64,000 bases of DNA from a virus. Lineage: Duplodnaviria; Heunggongvirae; Uroviricota; Caudoviricetes. Numbering within the stretch: position 1 is the stretch's first letter; the number at the start of each line of letters is the position of its first letter. The translations under genes and the position numbers were made by a program. Below are positions 29,627-38,988 of the stretch, piece by piece. The stretch lies in IMG/VR virus record IMGVR_UViG_3300032103_000073, one strand, 5' to 3'. The notes beneath the pieces are model-generated. The model had not been told where the DNA came from and searched no databases. It saw only the letters and a program-made list of their open reading frames with translations.

Positions 29627-30325
29627 ATGAACACCTCTGAAATTTTTAATCCAGCTCAGCGCAAAAAGCGTGTAGTTGAAAACTTTTTAAACAGCCAATT
29701 TGGCTTAAAATTACAAGCTCGCGGTGACGCAGCTCAAGTGCAATCGCTTATTGCTAAATTGGTAAATGAAAACCAGTCAATGGCTTCTAGCGTTCGCGGT
29801 TATGAAAACGACAGTCGTTTTGTTAAAAACACAATGATTATCGAAGCGCTTAAGCACGTTCTAAAAGAAATTGCACCAATGCGTAGCCCACGCCGCGTAA
29901 ATGAATCTAACGGCGAAAACCTAGCTCAAGCAGAACTTATTTTAGTTGCTAAGAACATGGTTGAAGAGCTACAAAAGATGGCCGAAGATGTTGCACAAAT
30001 GCAAACCGACGATCTAATGCCTTTAGTTGAAAAAATTAAAGTTGAATTTGGTCAAGACGTTGGACAGCAGTTTAACGATGCAGCCGACGCAGCTTTTACT
30101 ACGCTATTGGATGCAGTTAAAGCTGGAAAAGATGCACTAAGCAATGCTCAAGGCATCCTGAGTGGCGAAGCCCCGGCAGCTATGCCAGGTGCTGAGATGG
30201 GTGCAGACGCCACCGGCGATCTAGACGCATTAGGCGCAGAGCAAGGGCTAGGAGGCGACGAATTTGGCGGAGCTGATGCTGCCAGCGGTGAAGAAGAATT
30301 GCCAACAGGCCGTGAGCTAAAATGA
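29627..30325 (+). CDS. hypothetical late protein with acidic Gly/Ala tail
   Basis: SD AAGGA, GATAAATA upstream. Confidence 0.6.
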   Translation: MNTSEIFNPAQRKKRVVENFLNSQFGLKLQARGDAAQVQSLIAKLVNENQSMASSVRGYENDSRFVKNTMIIEALKHVLKEIAPMRSPRRVNESNGENLAQAELILVAKNMVEELQKMAEDVAQMQTDDLMPLVEKIKVEFGQDVGQQFNDAADAAFTTLLDAVKAGKDALSNAQGILSGEAPAAMPGAEMGADATGDLDALGAEQGLGGDEFGGADAASGEEELPTGRELK

Positions 30326-30651
30326 GATTATTTGAACTAGTTGATAGTGATATAGAAGTAATAGGCTTGCTTAAGCCTATTCTTCTTCGCGCCAAAGCAG
30401 AAGGTGCAACAACTATTGATATGAGTCAATTACTCAACGATTTAGACAATGATGATAACATTAGTCCTGAAATGATGATTGATATTTTAAATAGACATCG
30501 TCAAGATTTAAAAGACATCGTTTCTAGTGCTACAATAGACAGCGTTGTATTAAACAAAGGTCCTGCAAAGACCATGACTAGCAAGTTTGACCAAGACACT
30601 GCTAAAATGAAAACAACTGCAATAAATCAAGCCAAAGATCAATTAAAATGA
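30322..30651 (+). CDS. hypothetical protein
   Basis: ATGA-coupled ORF. Confidence 0.6.
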   Translation: MRLFELVDSDIEVIGLLKPILLRAKAEGATTIDMSQLLNDLDNDDNISPEMMIDILNRHRQDLKDIVSSATIDSVVLNKGPAKTMTSKFDQDTAKMKTTAINQAKDQLK

Positions 30652-30989
30652 ATAATGTAATGCTAACAGCCGCAGAAGCCCGTGCAAAAACACAAAATGA
30701 CACGGTTATATTTAATGAAATACGAGATATAGAAGATACTATCTTAACTTCTGTTGCTGCTGGCTTATATGATGTAAATGTATTCGAAACTACTATGACT
30801 GCAACTGATCCAGTTGGTGTAATTGCAGCTAGAGTATATTTTACAACGTGGCAAGGCGGCGTAGATGATCGTGCCAAATTTATCCAAATGAATAAGGTAA
30901 TCACTTACTTTACAGACTTGGGCTATTCCATTGAGCGTAGAACCAATAGTACAACCGGTGATACCTTTAATTGGCACATTAGCTGGTAA
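30648..30989 (+). CDS. hypothetical protein
   Basis: ATGA-coupled ORF. Confidence 0.6.
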   Translation: MNNVMLTAAEARAKTQNDTVIFNEIRDIEDTILTSVAAGLYDVNVFETTMTATDPVGVIAARVYFTTWQGGVDDRAKFIQMNKVITYFTDLGYSIERRTNSTTGDTFNWHISW

Positions 30990-31031
30990 TAAGCTATAGA
31001 CTTTTCTTGCAAATTGTTATAAAATAGCAAT

Positions 31032-31694
31032 ATGCTATTCAATCCCAAATATCAATATTCTACTCTAAAACGAGTAGAGACAAATGGTACTCGCCTATAC
31101 GAAACCCCTGCTGGTGCAGTAGCTAGTGTTACTACAATCCTTGACAAGACTAAAGATAAAACATTCCTCATGGAATGGCGCAAGCGAGTAGGCGATGCAG
31201 AAGCCAATCGTATTAGCAAAGAAGCTGCTGGTCTTGGCACGCTCATGCACTTGCACTTAGAAAACTATGTGCTAGGTAAACCACGCCCCGCAGGATCTAA
31301 CCTAGTACAAACAATGGCCAAGGACATGGCTGATACTATGATCAACGAAGCCTTTGTACATGTTGACGAAGTATGGGGTATCGAAGCACCGTTGTATTAT
31401 CCCGGACTTTATGCAGGCACTAGCGACATGATTGGTGTATGGAAAGGCAAGCCTGCTATTATCGATCATAAAACAACTAACAAGCCCAAGAAGAAAGAAT
31501 GGATCGAAGACTACTTTTTACAGTGCTGTGCTTATGCACTTGCACATAACGAAGTCCATGGAACAGACATTAATACCTGCGCTATTAACATTATTGACCG
31601 TAATGCTGCACTACAAAGTTTTGTAATAGAAGGTTCGGAGTTTGATCATTATGCAGAACTATGGACAAAAAGAGTTGATCAATTCTATAAATAA
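31032..31694 (+). CDS. PD-(D/E)xK exonuclease (Cas4/lambda-exo-like)
   Basis: SVTTIL, GT.MH..LE, EAPLY..G.YAGTSD...IIDHKT...DY.LQ..AYA. Confidence 0.85.
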   Translation: MLFNPKYQYSTLKRVETNGTRLYETPAGAVASVTTILDKTKDKTFLMEWRKRVGDAEANRISKEAAGLGTLMHLHLENYVLGKPRPAGSNLVQTMAKDMADTMINEAFVHVDEVWGIEAPLYYPGLYAGTSDMIGVWKGKPAIIDHKTTNKPKKKEWIEDYFLQCCAYALAHNEVHGTDINTCAINIIDRNAALQSFVIEGSEFDHYAELWTKRVDQFYK

Positions 31695-31714
31695 CTTTTT
31701 AAGCAGGGATAATA

Positions 31715-32167
31715 GTGTATCACGATTTAAGTCTTTGGTATAAAAATACAACAGAAAAGATATTAGCTTGGCGCGAGTTTAGAACGCAGGCTAAAGATAA
31801 AACGCTAGATGACGTTATCAATCTAGTAGACTTGTGGTGGACATATACGCCGTGGGTCAAAAAAACAATAGACCCGTTTAAACCTGAAACATGGCCTAGT
31901 CCGTGGGATATGATTAGCAAGGGTGAATTTTGCCGCAGTGCAATTGCCTTGGGTCAGGCCTATACATTGTGGATGTGTTTGCCCGGCTCAACAGTTGAGC
32001 TTTGGTTGATTAATAATTTTAGCGAAAAAGACGTACATCTAGTAGTAGTTATTGATGAGAAAACTGTGCTAAATTACACCCTGGGCCATGTGTTAGCTAT
32101 AGAAGATTGCGACTTTGAGGTAATTGACAAGTTTACCAAAGACAGCATTCCTAACATTAAAATATAA
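31715..32167 (+). CDS. possible transglutaminase-like cysteine protease-fold protein
   Basis: FCRSAIAL..YTL...VHLVVVID..VLN may supply a Cys-His-Asp/Asn triad. Confidence 0.35.
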   Translation: MYHDLSLWYKNTTEKILAWREFRTQAKDKTLDDVINLVDLWWTYTPWVKKTIDPFKPETWPSPWDMISKGEFCRSAIALGQAYTLWMCLPGSTVELWLINNFSEKDVHLVVVIDEKTVLNYTLGHVLAIEDCDFEVIDKFTKDSIPNIKI

Positions 32168-32231
32168 TAGAATTATTAAAACACAGGATTAAATAGACTA
32201 CTAAAAAGATGAATAATAAAGGACAAAATAC

Positions 32232-33710
32232 ATGATAATGTCGGGGAAACCTATCACAGTGCTCAAACGTAGCGGAGAGCATGAATTATTGCAAATTGAA
32301 AAGTGGCAAGCTCAGATTTCTAAAGTATGCACTGGTATTGCAGATGTTAGCCAAAGCATGATTGAAATCAAAGCTCAACCTCATTTCTTTGATGGAATTA
32401 CTACAAGAGAAATTGACGAAATTACTCTACGTGCAATTGTAAATTTAATAGACGTAGAATCTAATCCAGAAATAGGACATACAAATTATCAATACGTAGC
32501 AGGAAAGCAGCGATTAAGCATGCTACGAAAAGATGTGTACGGTGACTACCAAGTACCGCATATTTTTGAAATAGTAAAAAAGAACGTAGCGGTTGGTTTA
32601 TACACTCCTGAACTACTGGAATGGTATACAGAAGCAGACTGGAATAAGATGAATGACATGCTGGATCATGAGAAAGATGAACAGTATAGTTATGCAGCTA
32701 TCGAACAGTTAATTGAAAAATATCTAGTTCGCAATCGTGCTACAAAAGAAATTTATGAAACACCGCAGATCCGTTATATGGTTGCGGCAGCAACAGTTAT
32801 GCATAAAGAAGAGCCTAATAGCGCTCGTATGAGATTGATTAAGGAATACTACAATGCTTCTAGTGATGGGCTCTTTACTCTTGCTACACCTGTTCTTGCT
32901 GGTCTTGGCACTCCGACAAAACAATTTAGTAGTTGTGTGCTTATCAGGAGCGATGATGATTTGGATAGTATATTTGCTAGTGGCGAAATGATGGCCAAGT
33001 ATGCTAGCAAACGTGCTGGCATTGGCTTAGAGATTGGTCGCTTGCGCAGTCTAGGAAGTCCTATTAGGGGCGGCGAAATTATGCACACTGGTATGGTACC
33101 ATTCTTAAAGAAATGGTTTGGTGATCTACGCAGTTGCAGTCAAGGAGGTATTCGTAATGCTAGTGCTACGGTTTTCTATCCCATCTGGCATCATCAATTC
33201 GATGACCTTATTGTTCTCAAGAACAACCAAGGAACAGACGAAACTCGTGTCCGCCACATGGATTATGGTGTTGTGCTTTCTGCGTTTTTCTGGAGGAGAC
33301 TCAAGAACAAAGAAAATATTACCTTCTTTGACCCTAATGAAGTTCCCGACCTCTACGAAGCGTTCTATTCAAATACGGACAAGTTCAACGAACTTTATGA
33401 ACTGTATGAAAAGCGTACAGACCTACGTAAAAAAGTAATGTCAGCTGAAGAAGTATTCAAAGGCGGCATACTTAAAGAACGTACAGACACTGGACGCATA
33501 TATCTAGTATTCATTGACAACGTGATGAATCAAGGTCCGTTCGACCCTGAATACCATACAATTTATCAATCGAATTTGTGTCTGGAGATTTTGCTTCCGA
33601 CAGTTGCAATGGGAACAACTAAGAAAAAACTAATTAAAGTCCGCAAAAACAAAGCAAGTGATTTCTTAATGAACAAACCGGAGCAGTTTGTAAAATTGAA
33701 GAAGTTATAA
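32232..33710 (+). CDS. nrdA: ribonucleotide reductase class Ia alpha, N-terminal piece
   Basis: ATP-cone, ATPVLAG, FSSCVL (C225-equivalent), SNLCLE (N437/C439/E441-equivalent), then Lys-rich tail and TAA. Confidence 0.92.
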   Translation: MIMSGKPITVLKRSGEHELLQIEKWQAQISKVCTGIADVSQSMIEIKAQPHFFDGITTREIDEITLRAIVNLIDVESNPEIGHTNYQYVAGKQRLSMLRKDVYGDYQVPHIFEIVKKNVAVGLYTPELLEWYTEADWNKMNDMLDHEKDEQYSYAAIEQLIEKYLVRNRATKEIYETPQIRYMVAAATVMHKEEPNSARMRLIKEYYNASSDGLFTLATPVLAGLGTPTKQFSSCVLIRSDDDLDSIFASGEMMAKYASKRAGIGLEIGRLRSLGSPIRGGEIMHTGMVPFLKKWFGDLRSCSQGGIRNASATVFYPIWHHQFDDLIVLKNNQGTDETRVRHMDYGVVLSAFFWRRLKNKENITFFDPNEVPDLYEAFYSNTDKFNELYELYEKRTDLRKKVMSAEEVFKGGILKERTDTGRIYLVFIDNVMNQGPFDPEYHTIYQSNLCLEILLPTVAMGTTKKKLIKVRKNKASDFLMNKPEQFVKLKKL

Positions 33711-33766
33711 TAATTAAATGTGCCTAAAGTACAGAGTAATGATAAATAGATGTACAGGAGGCACAA

Positions 33767-34537
33767 ATGAACTACTCGGGTTTTATATATGAATGGACAA
33801 ATAAGTTAGACGGTATGAAGTATTTGGGTTCACATAAAGGAACTATAAATGATGGTTATACTGGCAGCGGAAAAAGATTTGAAAATGCCAAGAACAAATA
33901 TGGTATTGAAAATTTTGATAGAGTAATAGTAGAATATGTTGAAAAGGAAGAAGATATTTTGATTAGAGAGCAATATTATTTGGACGAAAGAGATTGTGCC
34001 AAAAGTACTCTCTACTATAATATCTCACCCAACGCAGGTGGCGGCGGTGCAGCGGGCAATGGTCCTAAAATATCTGCTACTAAGAAAAAGAGATTTGCTT
34101 CCGGAGACTTAGTAACACACAACAAAGGTAAGGCAATGAAGGATGAGCAAAAACTTAAATTAGCCGACGAGTGGGAAGTTATTACCCCTGCTAACGAAGT
34201 TTTGACTATCACTAATATGCTTGAATTTTGTCGTCAACATAAACTAAATGCCAGTGCTATGAGCGCCGTGGCCCGTGGCAAGAAGAGTATGTATAAAGGT
34301 TATAAATGTAAAAAGTTAACCAATAAAAGAGATGTTGAATATGAACACAAAGAATATGTGTTTATGACTAAAGAGGAAAGAAGTCAACAACTAAAAGATT
34401 TGGCCATAAAGGGCGGAAAACATCACGAAGCAGTAAAGATTGAATACGAAGGTGTTGTTTATAGTAGTATCGCAGAAGCAAAAGAAGCAACAGGAAAAAG
34501 TTATTTTTTGATTACGAAATATGGAAAAAGAATATGA
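33767..34537 (+). mobile_element. GIY-YIG homing endonuclease inserted within nrdA
   Basis: GFIYEWTNKLDGMKYLGSH..Y.GSG; SD AGGAGG; GATAAATA at 33741. Confidence 0.88.
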
Positions 34538-34815
34538 TTACATTTTATCCTCGTGATATAGGAATGTGGAGAAAAGAATTTAATTTCAGTGATAGACATT
34601 CAATTACATTAGAAGCAAAAGAATATGCTGACCGAAAAGTATTGTATGACCGAGACGAACTAATTGGATTTCTGAAGGAACACGGCGTTAAATTGGATGA
34701 CCCAAATAACCCACTAAGAATTACAGGACCGCACGACAACGAATGGCTTGGGCCAGACACATACGATGTGGTGCAATGGTCTTTACTAGGATGGATTAAG
34801 GATGATTACAAATGA
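34534..34815 (+). CDS. hypothetical cargo protein within the nrdA insertion
   Basis: ATGA overlaps with both the endonuclease and the nrdA C-piece. Confidence 0.6.
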   Translation: MITFYPRDIGMWRKEFNFSDRHSITLEAKEYADRKVLYDRDELIGFLKEHGVKLDDPNNPLRITGPHDNEWLGPDTYDVVQWSLLGWIKDDYK

Positions 34816-35843
34816 ATGAATTATATGAAGAAATAGAACGTCTTCCAGAAGAACTGGATGATGAATATGAGTACTATGAGGTAGATGAAGATGCCGCGAG
34901 GATTAGTTTATGCACTCTCGGTAGTATTAACTGGGGTGCTTTCCGCAATCCAGAGGACATGCGCCGTGCTTGTCGTATCCTGCATCGTAGCCTTAATAAC
35001 ATTCTTGACTATCAAGATTTCTTAAGTATTCAATCTAAACTATCTAATGATGAAATCCGCCCTCTTGGCATCGGTGTCACTAACTTGGCCTACTGGCACG
35101 CCAAACGCGGTATGCAGTACGGCGAACGAGATGCACTGGCAGAAGTTAAGACATGGATGGAACACCAAGCATATTATCTAACAGAAATGTCGGTTGAGTT
35201 GGCTAAAGAACGCGGCGCGTGTGTTGATAGTGGTAAGACACGTTATGGACAAGGCGTGTTCCCCTGGGAGTTACGTGCAGATGGTGCCAACGAGCTAACA
35301 GACTTTACCCCGGAGTTAGATTGGGAAACACTACGTGCCAACATGAAACAATATGGTGTTCGTAATGCTACACAAATGGCAGTTGCACCAGTCGAGTCTA
35401 GCAGTGTTGTTATCAATAGCACAAACGGTATTGAAATGCCAATGAGCTTGATTAGCACAAAAGAATCAAAAGCCGGTAGCTTTACACAAGTCGTTCCTGA
35501 GTATAATAATGCCAGAGTTCGTAAAAACTACCAACTAATGTGGGAACAGCGTGATTGTATTGGGTACTTAAAGACCAGTGCAGTTATTGCAGCATATACA
35601 GATCAAAGTATTAGTACTAACACATTTTACAATCCTGCATATTTTGCAGATAAAAAAGTACCAACAACATTGATTGCTAAAAACCTAATGCTAGCACATC
35701 ACTGGGGATTAAAGACTTTCTACTATAGTTTAATTAACAAGCAAGGTGCAAAAGTAGCACAAGATGAAAATATCATCCATCTCAACACAGTTAAACAAGA
35801 TCAAGAAGAAGATGACGGTGTTTGCGAAAGTTGTGTATTATAA
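34812..35843 (+). CDS. nrdA: ribonucleotide reductase class Ia alpha, C-terminal piece
   Basis: Acidic leader, ISLCTLGSINWG (C462-equivalent), AVAPVESSS, KTFYY Tyr pair, terminal CESC. Confidence 0.92.
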   Translation: MNELYEEIERLPEELDDEYEYYEVDEDAARISLCTLGSINWGAFRNPEDMRRACRILHRSLNNILDYQDFLSIQSKLSNDEIRPLGIGVTNLAYWHAKRGMQYGERDALAEVKTWMEHQAYYLTEMSVELAKERGACVDSGKTRYGQGVFPWELRADGANELTDFTPELDWETLRANMKQYGVRNATQMAVAPVESSSVVINSTNGIEMPMSLISTKESKAGSFTQVVPEYNNARVRKNYQLMWEQRDCIGYLKTSAVIAAYTDQSISTNTFYNPAYFADKKVPTTLIAKNLMLAHHWGLKTFYYSLINKQGAKVAQDENIIHLNTVKQDQEEDDGVCESCVL

Positions 35844-35885
35844 AGGATTTTAACAAGCAGGCGCGCCGAGATGATAAATAACTGC

Positions 35886-36476
35886 ATGAAAGAAAAATAT
35901 GGCCTGACAAAACAATGCAGTTATTGCGGCTCGGCTTTTATTACAAAGCCTAGATTTATAGATTTTTGTTCGCAGAAATGTAAAAATCCTTTAAATAGGG
36001 GAGAGTTTGATCCTTGGAATAAAGGGTTAAAATTGACTGAAGAACAGAAATCTAAACAAAACACTTCTGGCTTGTTAAAAGGACATGGATGGAACAAAGG
36101 TCTTCCAAATGAAAAACAAAGCAAAAAATGGAAAGAAAATAATCCAAATAAAGATGGTAGATTAAATAATTTACGTCCAAAGTCCTATGTAGATGATGAA
36201 TTTACAGCATACAAGAGAGAAGTCCGTAAAGCAACGTATCGTTCTCGCTATCAAATGAAAATAGATGGAGAGATACCGTTAAACACAGGAAAGCGTAAAG
36301 ATCAGTTTCAGCTTGATCATATCGTTCCTTATAAACAGGGTTTTGAGTTAGGAATACCGCCGCATATATTAGGTAGCAAGAGCAATCTAAGGTGGATACT
36401 GGGGGAAGAAAACAGACAAAAATAGGATCGCTTCCAACCAGATGATGTTATTAATAAATTACTAAAGGGAAAATAA
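35886..36476 (+). mobile_element. zinc-finger/NUMOD3/HNH endonuclease with in-frame TAG at 36423-36425
   Basis: C..C...FCSQKC, PWNKG/GWNKG, LDHIVP...SNLR...EENR; frame stays open 16 codons past TAG to a TAA overlapping the iscU ATG. Confidence 0.75.
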
Positions 36477-36878
36477 TGGCTTACAGCGAAAAAGTTATAG
36501 ATCATTATGAGCAACCTCGGAACGTAGGATCTTTTGTCAAGGATGAGCCGCATGTCGGCACCGGCATAGTCGGTGCACCGGCATGCGGCTAGACTAGGCG
36601 ATGTAATGAAGTTGCAAATAAAAGTAAATCCAGAAACAGGCATAATCGAAGATGCACGTTTTAAAACTTACGGCTGCGGCAGTGCTATTGCTAGCTCTAG
36701 CCTAGTTACTGAATTAGTCAAGGGAATGACATTGGATCAAGCAACAAGTATTAAAAATTCTGCCATAGCAGAAGAACTTGCATTACCTCCTGTTAAGATT
36801 CACTGTAGTATTTTAGCAGAAGATGCGATTAAAGCAGCAGTAGAGGATTATAAAAAGAAAAATGATCACTCTAACTGA
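36476..36878 (+). CDS. iscU: Fe-S scaffold IscU interrupted by a 10-nt insert (putative ribosomal bypass)
   Basis: MAYSEKVIDHYEQPRNVGSF...GAPACG (36476-36589) and DVMKLQIKV...KTYGCGSAIAS...PPVKIHCS (36600-36878) join into canonical IscU once 10 nt are removed. Confidence 0.9.
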
Positions 36879-37182
36879 AGCCGCTGTTAAAAAAATTCGA
36901 GCAATGATAACCCGAAGAGGTTCGGGTATTGGCATACGGGTTGGCGTTAAAACAACAGGTTGCTCGGGCTTGGCTTATGTGTTAGAATATGTAGATGCTG
37001 CACAACCCGGAGATGAGAAAATCTTGTGCAACGGTTGTGAAATATATGTAGATCCAAAAAGTTGTCCATACTTACAAGGTATGACAATAGACTTTGTTCG
37101 AAATGGCTTGAACGAAGGGTTTGAATTTAAGAATCCCAATGAGCGAGATCGTTGCGGATGTGGAAGTAGTTTTAGAGTTTAA
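36862..37182 (+). CDS. iscA: Fe-S carrier IscA
   Basis: ITLTEAA, VKTTGCSGLAY, F.F.NPN...RCGCG.SF. Confidence 0.92.
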   Translation: MITLTEAAVKKIRAMITRRGSGIGIRVGVKTTGCSGLAYVLEYVDAAQPGDEKILCNGCEIYVDPKSCPYLQGMTIDFVRNGLNEGFEFKNPNERDRCGCGSSFRV

Positions 37183-37184
37183 TA

Positions 37185-38285
37185 ATGAGTAAAGAACAAT
37201 ATAATTTAACAACACCAACGGACTATACTAGTCGTAAGATGTTTCTAGACCCAGCCGGTCCGGTGACTATTCAGAGGTTTGAAGAAGTTAAGTATAACAA
37301 GATTGCAGATTACGAAAAAACTGCTCGCGGATTCTTCTGGGTCCCCGAAGAAGTTAGCTTAACAAAAGATGCAGCAGACTTTAAGGATGCTAGTGATGCA
37401 ATCAAGCATATCTTTACCAGCAACGTTTTACGTCAAACTGCTCTTGATAGCTTACAAGGCCGCGGTCCAAGTCAAATCTTTACACCAGTTGTAAGTTTGC
37501 CTGAATTGGAAGCACTAATGTATAACTGGAGCTTCTTTGAAACAAATATTCATAGCCGTAGTTACAGCCATATTATCCGCAATATCTATAACGTGCCTAA
37601 AGAAGTGTTTAACACAATTCACGACACTCGAGAAATTGTTGATATGGCGTCAAGTGTAGGAAAGTATTATGATGCACTACACAGGATCAACTCGTTAAAA
37701 GAAATTGGCGGCGATGTCAAAGAAGACGAACACGTTAAGGCAATTTACCTAGCCTTACACGCAAGTTATGCACTAGAAGCTTTTCGCTTTATGGTATCGT
37801 TTGCTACAAGTCTTGCTATGGTTGAGAACAAAATCTTTATCGGCAATGGCAACATTATTAGCTTGATTCTGCAAGACGAACTGCTACACAAAGGCTGGAC
37901 TGCTTTCCTTATCAATCAAGTCGTTAAAGAAGATAGTCGTTTTGCCCGGATAGCAGAACAATGTAAAGAAGAAGTCTATCAAATCTATATGGATGTTATC
38001 CGTGAGGAAAAGGCTTGGGCAGATTACTTGTTTAAGAAAGGACCTGTTATCGGACTTAACGCGAACATTCTTAAAGACTTCGTTGATTACACAGCACACA
38101 GCGCATTAAAGGACATTGGTATTAAATATCAAGCTCACGCACCTAAAACTACTCCTATCCCGTGGTTTAATAAACACAGTGATACTAGTAAAAAACAAAC
38201 GGCTTTACAGGAAAGCGAAAGCACTAGTTATGTTATTGGTGTAATGAGTGATAGTATTGACTACGACGAATTGCCTGCACTATGA
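37185..38285 (+). CDS. nrdB: ribonucleotide reductase class Ia beta
   Basis: FFWVPEE, ETNIHSRSY, LEAFRF, DELLH di-iron ligands, C-terminal ESTSY. Confidence 0.95.
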   Translation: MSKEQYNLTTPTDYTSRKMFLDPAGPVTIQRFEEVKYNKIADYEKTARGFFWVPEEVSLTKDAADFKDASDAIKHIFTSNVLRQTALDSLQGRGPSQIFTPVVSLPELEALMYNWSFFETNIHSRSYSHIIRNIYNVPKEVFNTIHDTREIVDMASSVGKYYDALHRINSLKEIGGDVKEDEHVKAIYLALHASYALEAFRFMVSFATSLAMVENKIFIGNGNIISLILQDELLHKGWTAFLINQVVKEDSRFARIAEQCKEEVYQIYMDVIREEKAWADYLFKKGPVIGLNANILKDFVDYTAHSALKDIGIKYQAHAPKTTPIPWFNKHSDTSKKQTALQESESTSYVIGVMSDSIDYDELPAL

Positions 38286-38452
38286 CTACTAAACAAAAAA
38301 GAAAATCTTGGTGCCCTATGGACGGCACAGGGTATGAAGGATTTTGTCTTGATAGTGTTGCAACTATTAGAGTTAAAAGCGGCAAATGCAATAAAAGACA
38401 CGAATGCCAACAATTAAAAGAACAATTAGACAGGAAGAAAAATGAAAGTTGA
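38282..38452 (+). CDS. small Cys-rich protein (56 aa)
   Basis: MTTKQKRKSWCPMDG...FC...KC.KRHEC; overlaps both neighbours; below the ORF-track cutoff. Confidence 0.45.
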   Translation: MTTKQKRKSWCPMDGTGYEGFCLDSVATIRVKSGKCNKRHECQQLKEQLDRKKNES

Positions 38453-38678
38453 AATTTACACAAAAGATGCTTGCCCATATTGCGTACAGGCAAAAAAGTT
38501 ATTTGAATCTCGCGGCTGGGAATATACAGAACATTACATTGGCCCGGAAACCAGGGAAGCAATGATTGCAGAATTGACTACTCGCCTGGGTGTTGCACCT
38601 CGTACAGTACCTCAAATTTTTATCGACGATGTTAGCATCGGCGGCTACACAGAATTAACAAAATGGACAAAGGAATAA
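38442..38678 (+). CDS. grx: glutaredoxin
   Basis: CPYC, TVPQIFI, IGGY. Confidence 0.92.
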   Translation: MKVEIYTKDACPYCVQAKKLFESRGWEYTEHYIGPETREAMIAELTTRLGVAPRTVPQIFIDDVSIGGYTELTKWTKE

Positions 38679-38679
38679 C

Positions 38680-38988
38680 ATGTTAAAAGAAAATAAAATC
38701 AATCAAATTATCAGTTTGAAATTAAGCAGCGGCGATGAAGTCGTTGGTAAGATAACAGGCCAAACTGCCGAAGGTCTTACATTGAGCAAGCCTGTTATAC
38801 TAGCTGCTAGCAGAGATGGTCTTGCAATGGTGCCGTTTATGATGACAGCAGATCCTGATAGCGACTACATGTTTAAGGAAGGCAATATTATGTGCGTGGC
38901 TAACACTAATCAACAGGTTAGTGATGCTTATTTCCAAAGCGTAACAGGGATTACACCGGTTAGAAATTCCGGTATTATAACAGCATAA
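38680..38988 (+). CDS. hypothetical protein (Sm-like fold)
   Basis: LKLSSGDEVVGK beta pattern; SD AAGGA. Confidence 0.5.
   Translation: MLKENKINQIISLKLSSGDEVVGKITGQTAEGLTLSKPVILAASRDGLAMVPFMMTADPDSDYMFKEGNIMCVANTNQQVSDAYFQSVTGITPVRNSGIITA

Noticed and set aside
33600-34900. Group I intron or split intein explaining the nrdA break
   Set aside because: The insert is almost fully occupied by two ORFs (about 56 nt non-coding), too little for a ribozyme core. No intein N-terminal block or C-terminal His-Asn + C/S/T is present.
36573-36878. ORF-track start MHRHAARLGDV as the true iscU start
   Set aside because: It lacks the conserved N-terminus and the first Cys ligand, which are encoded in another frame from 36476.
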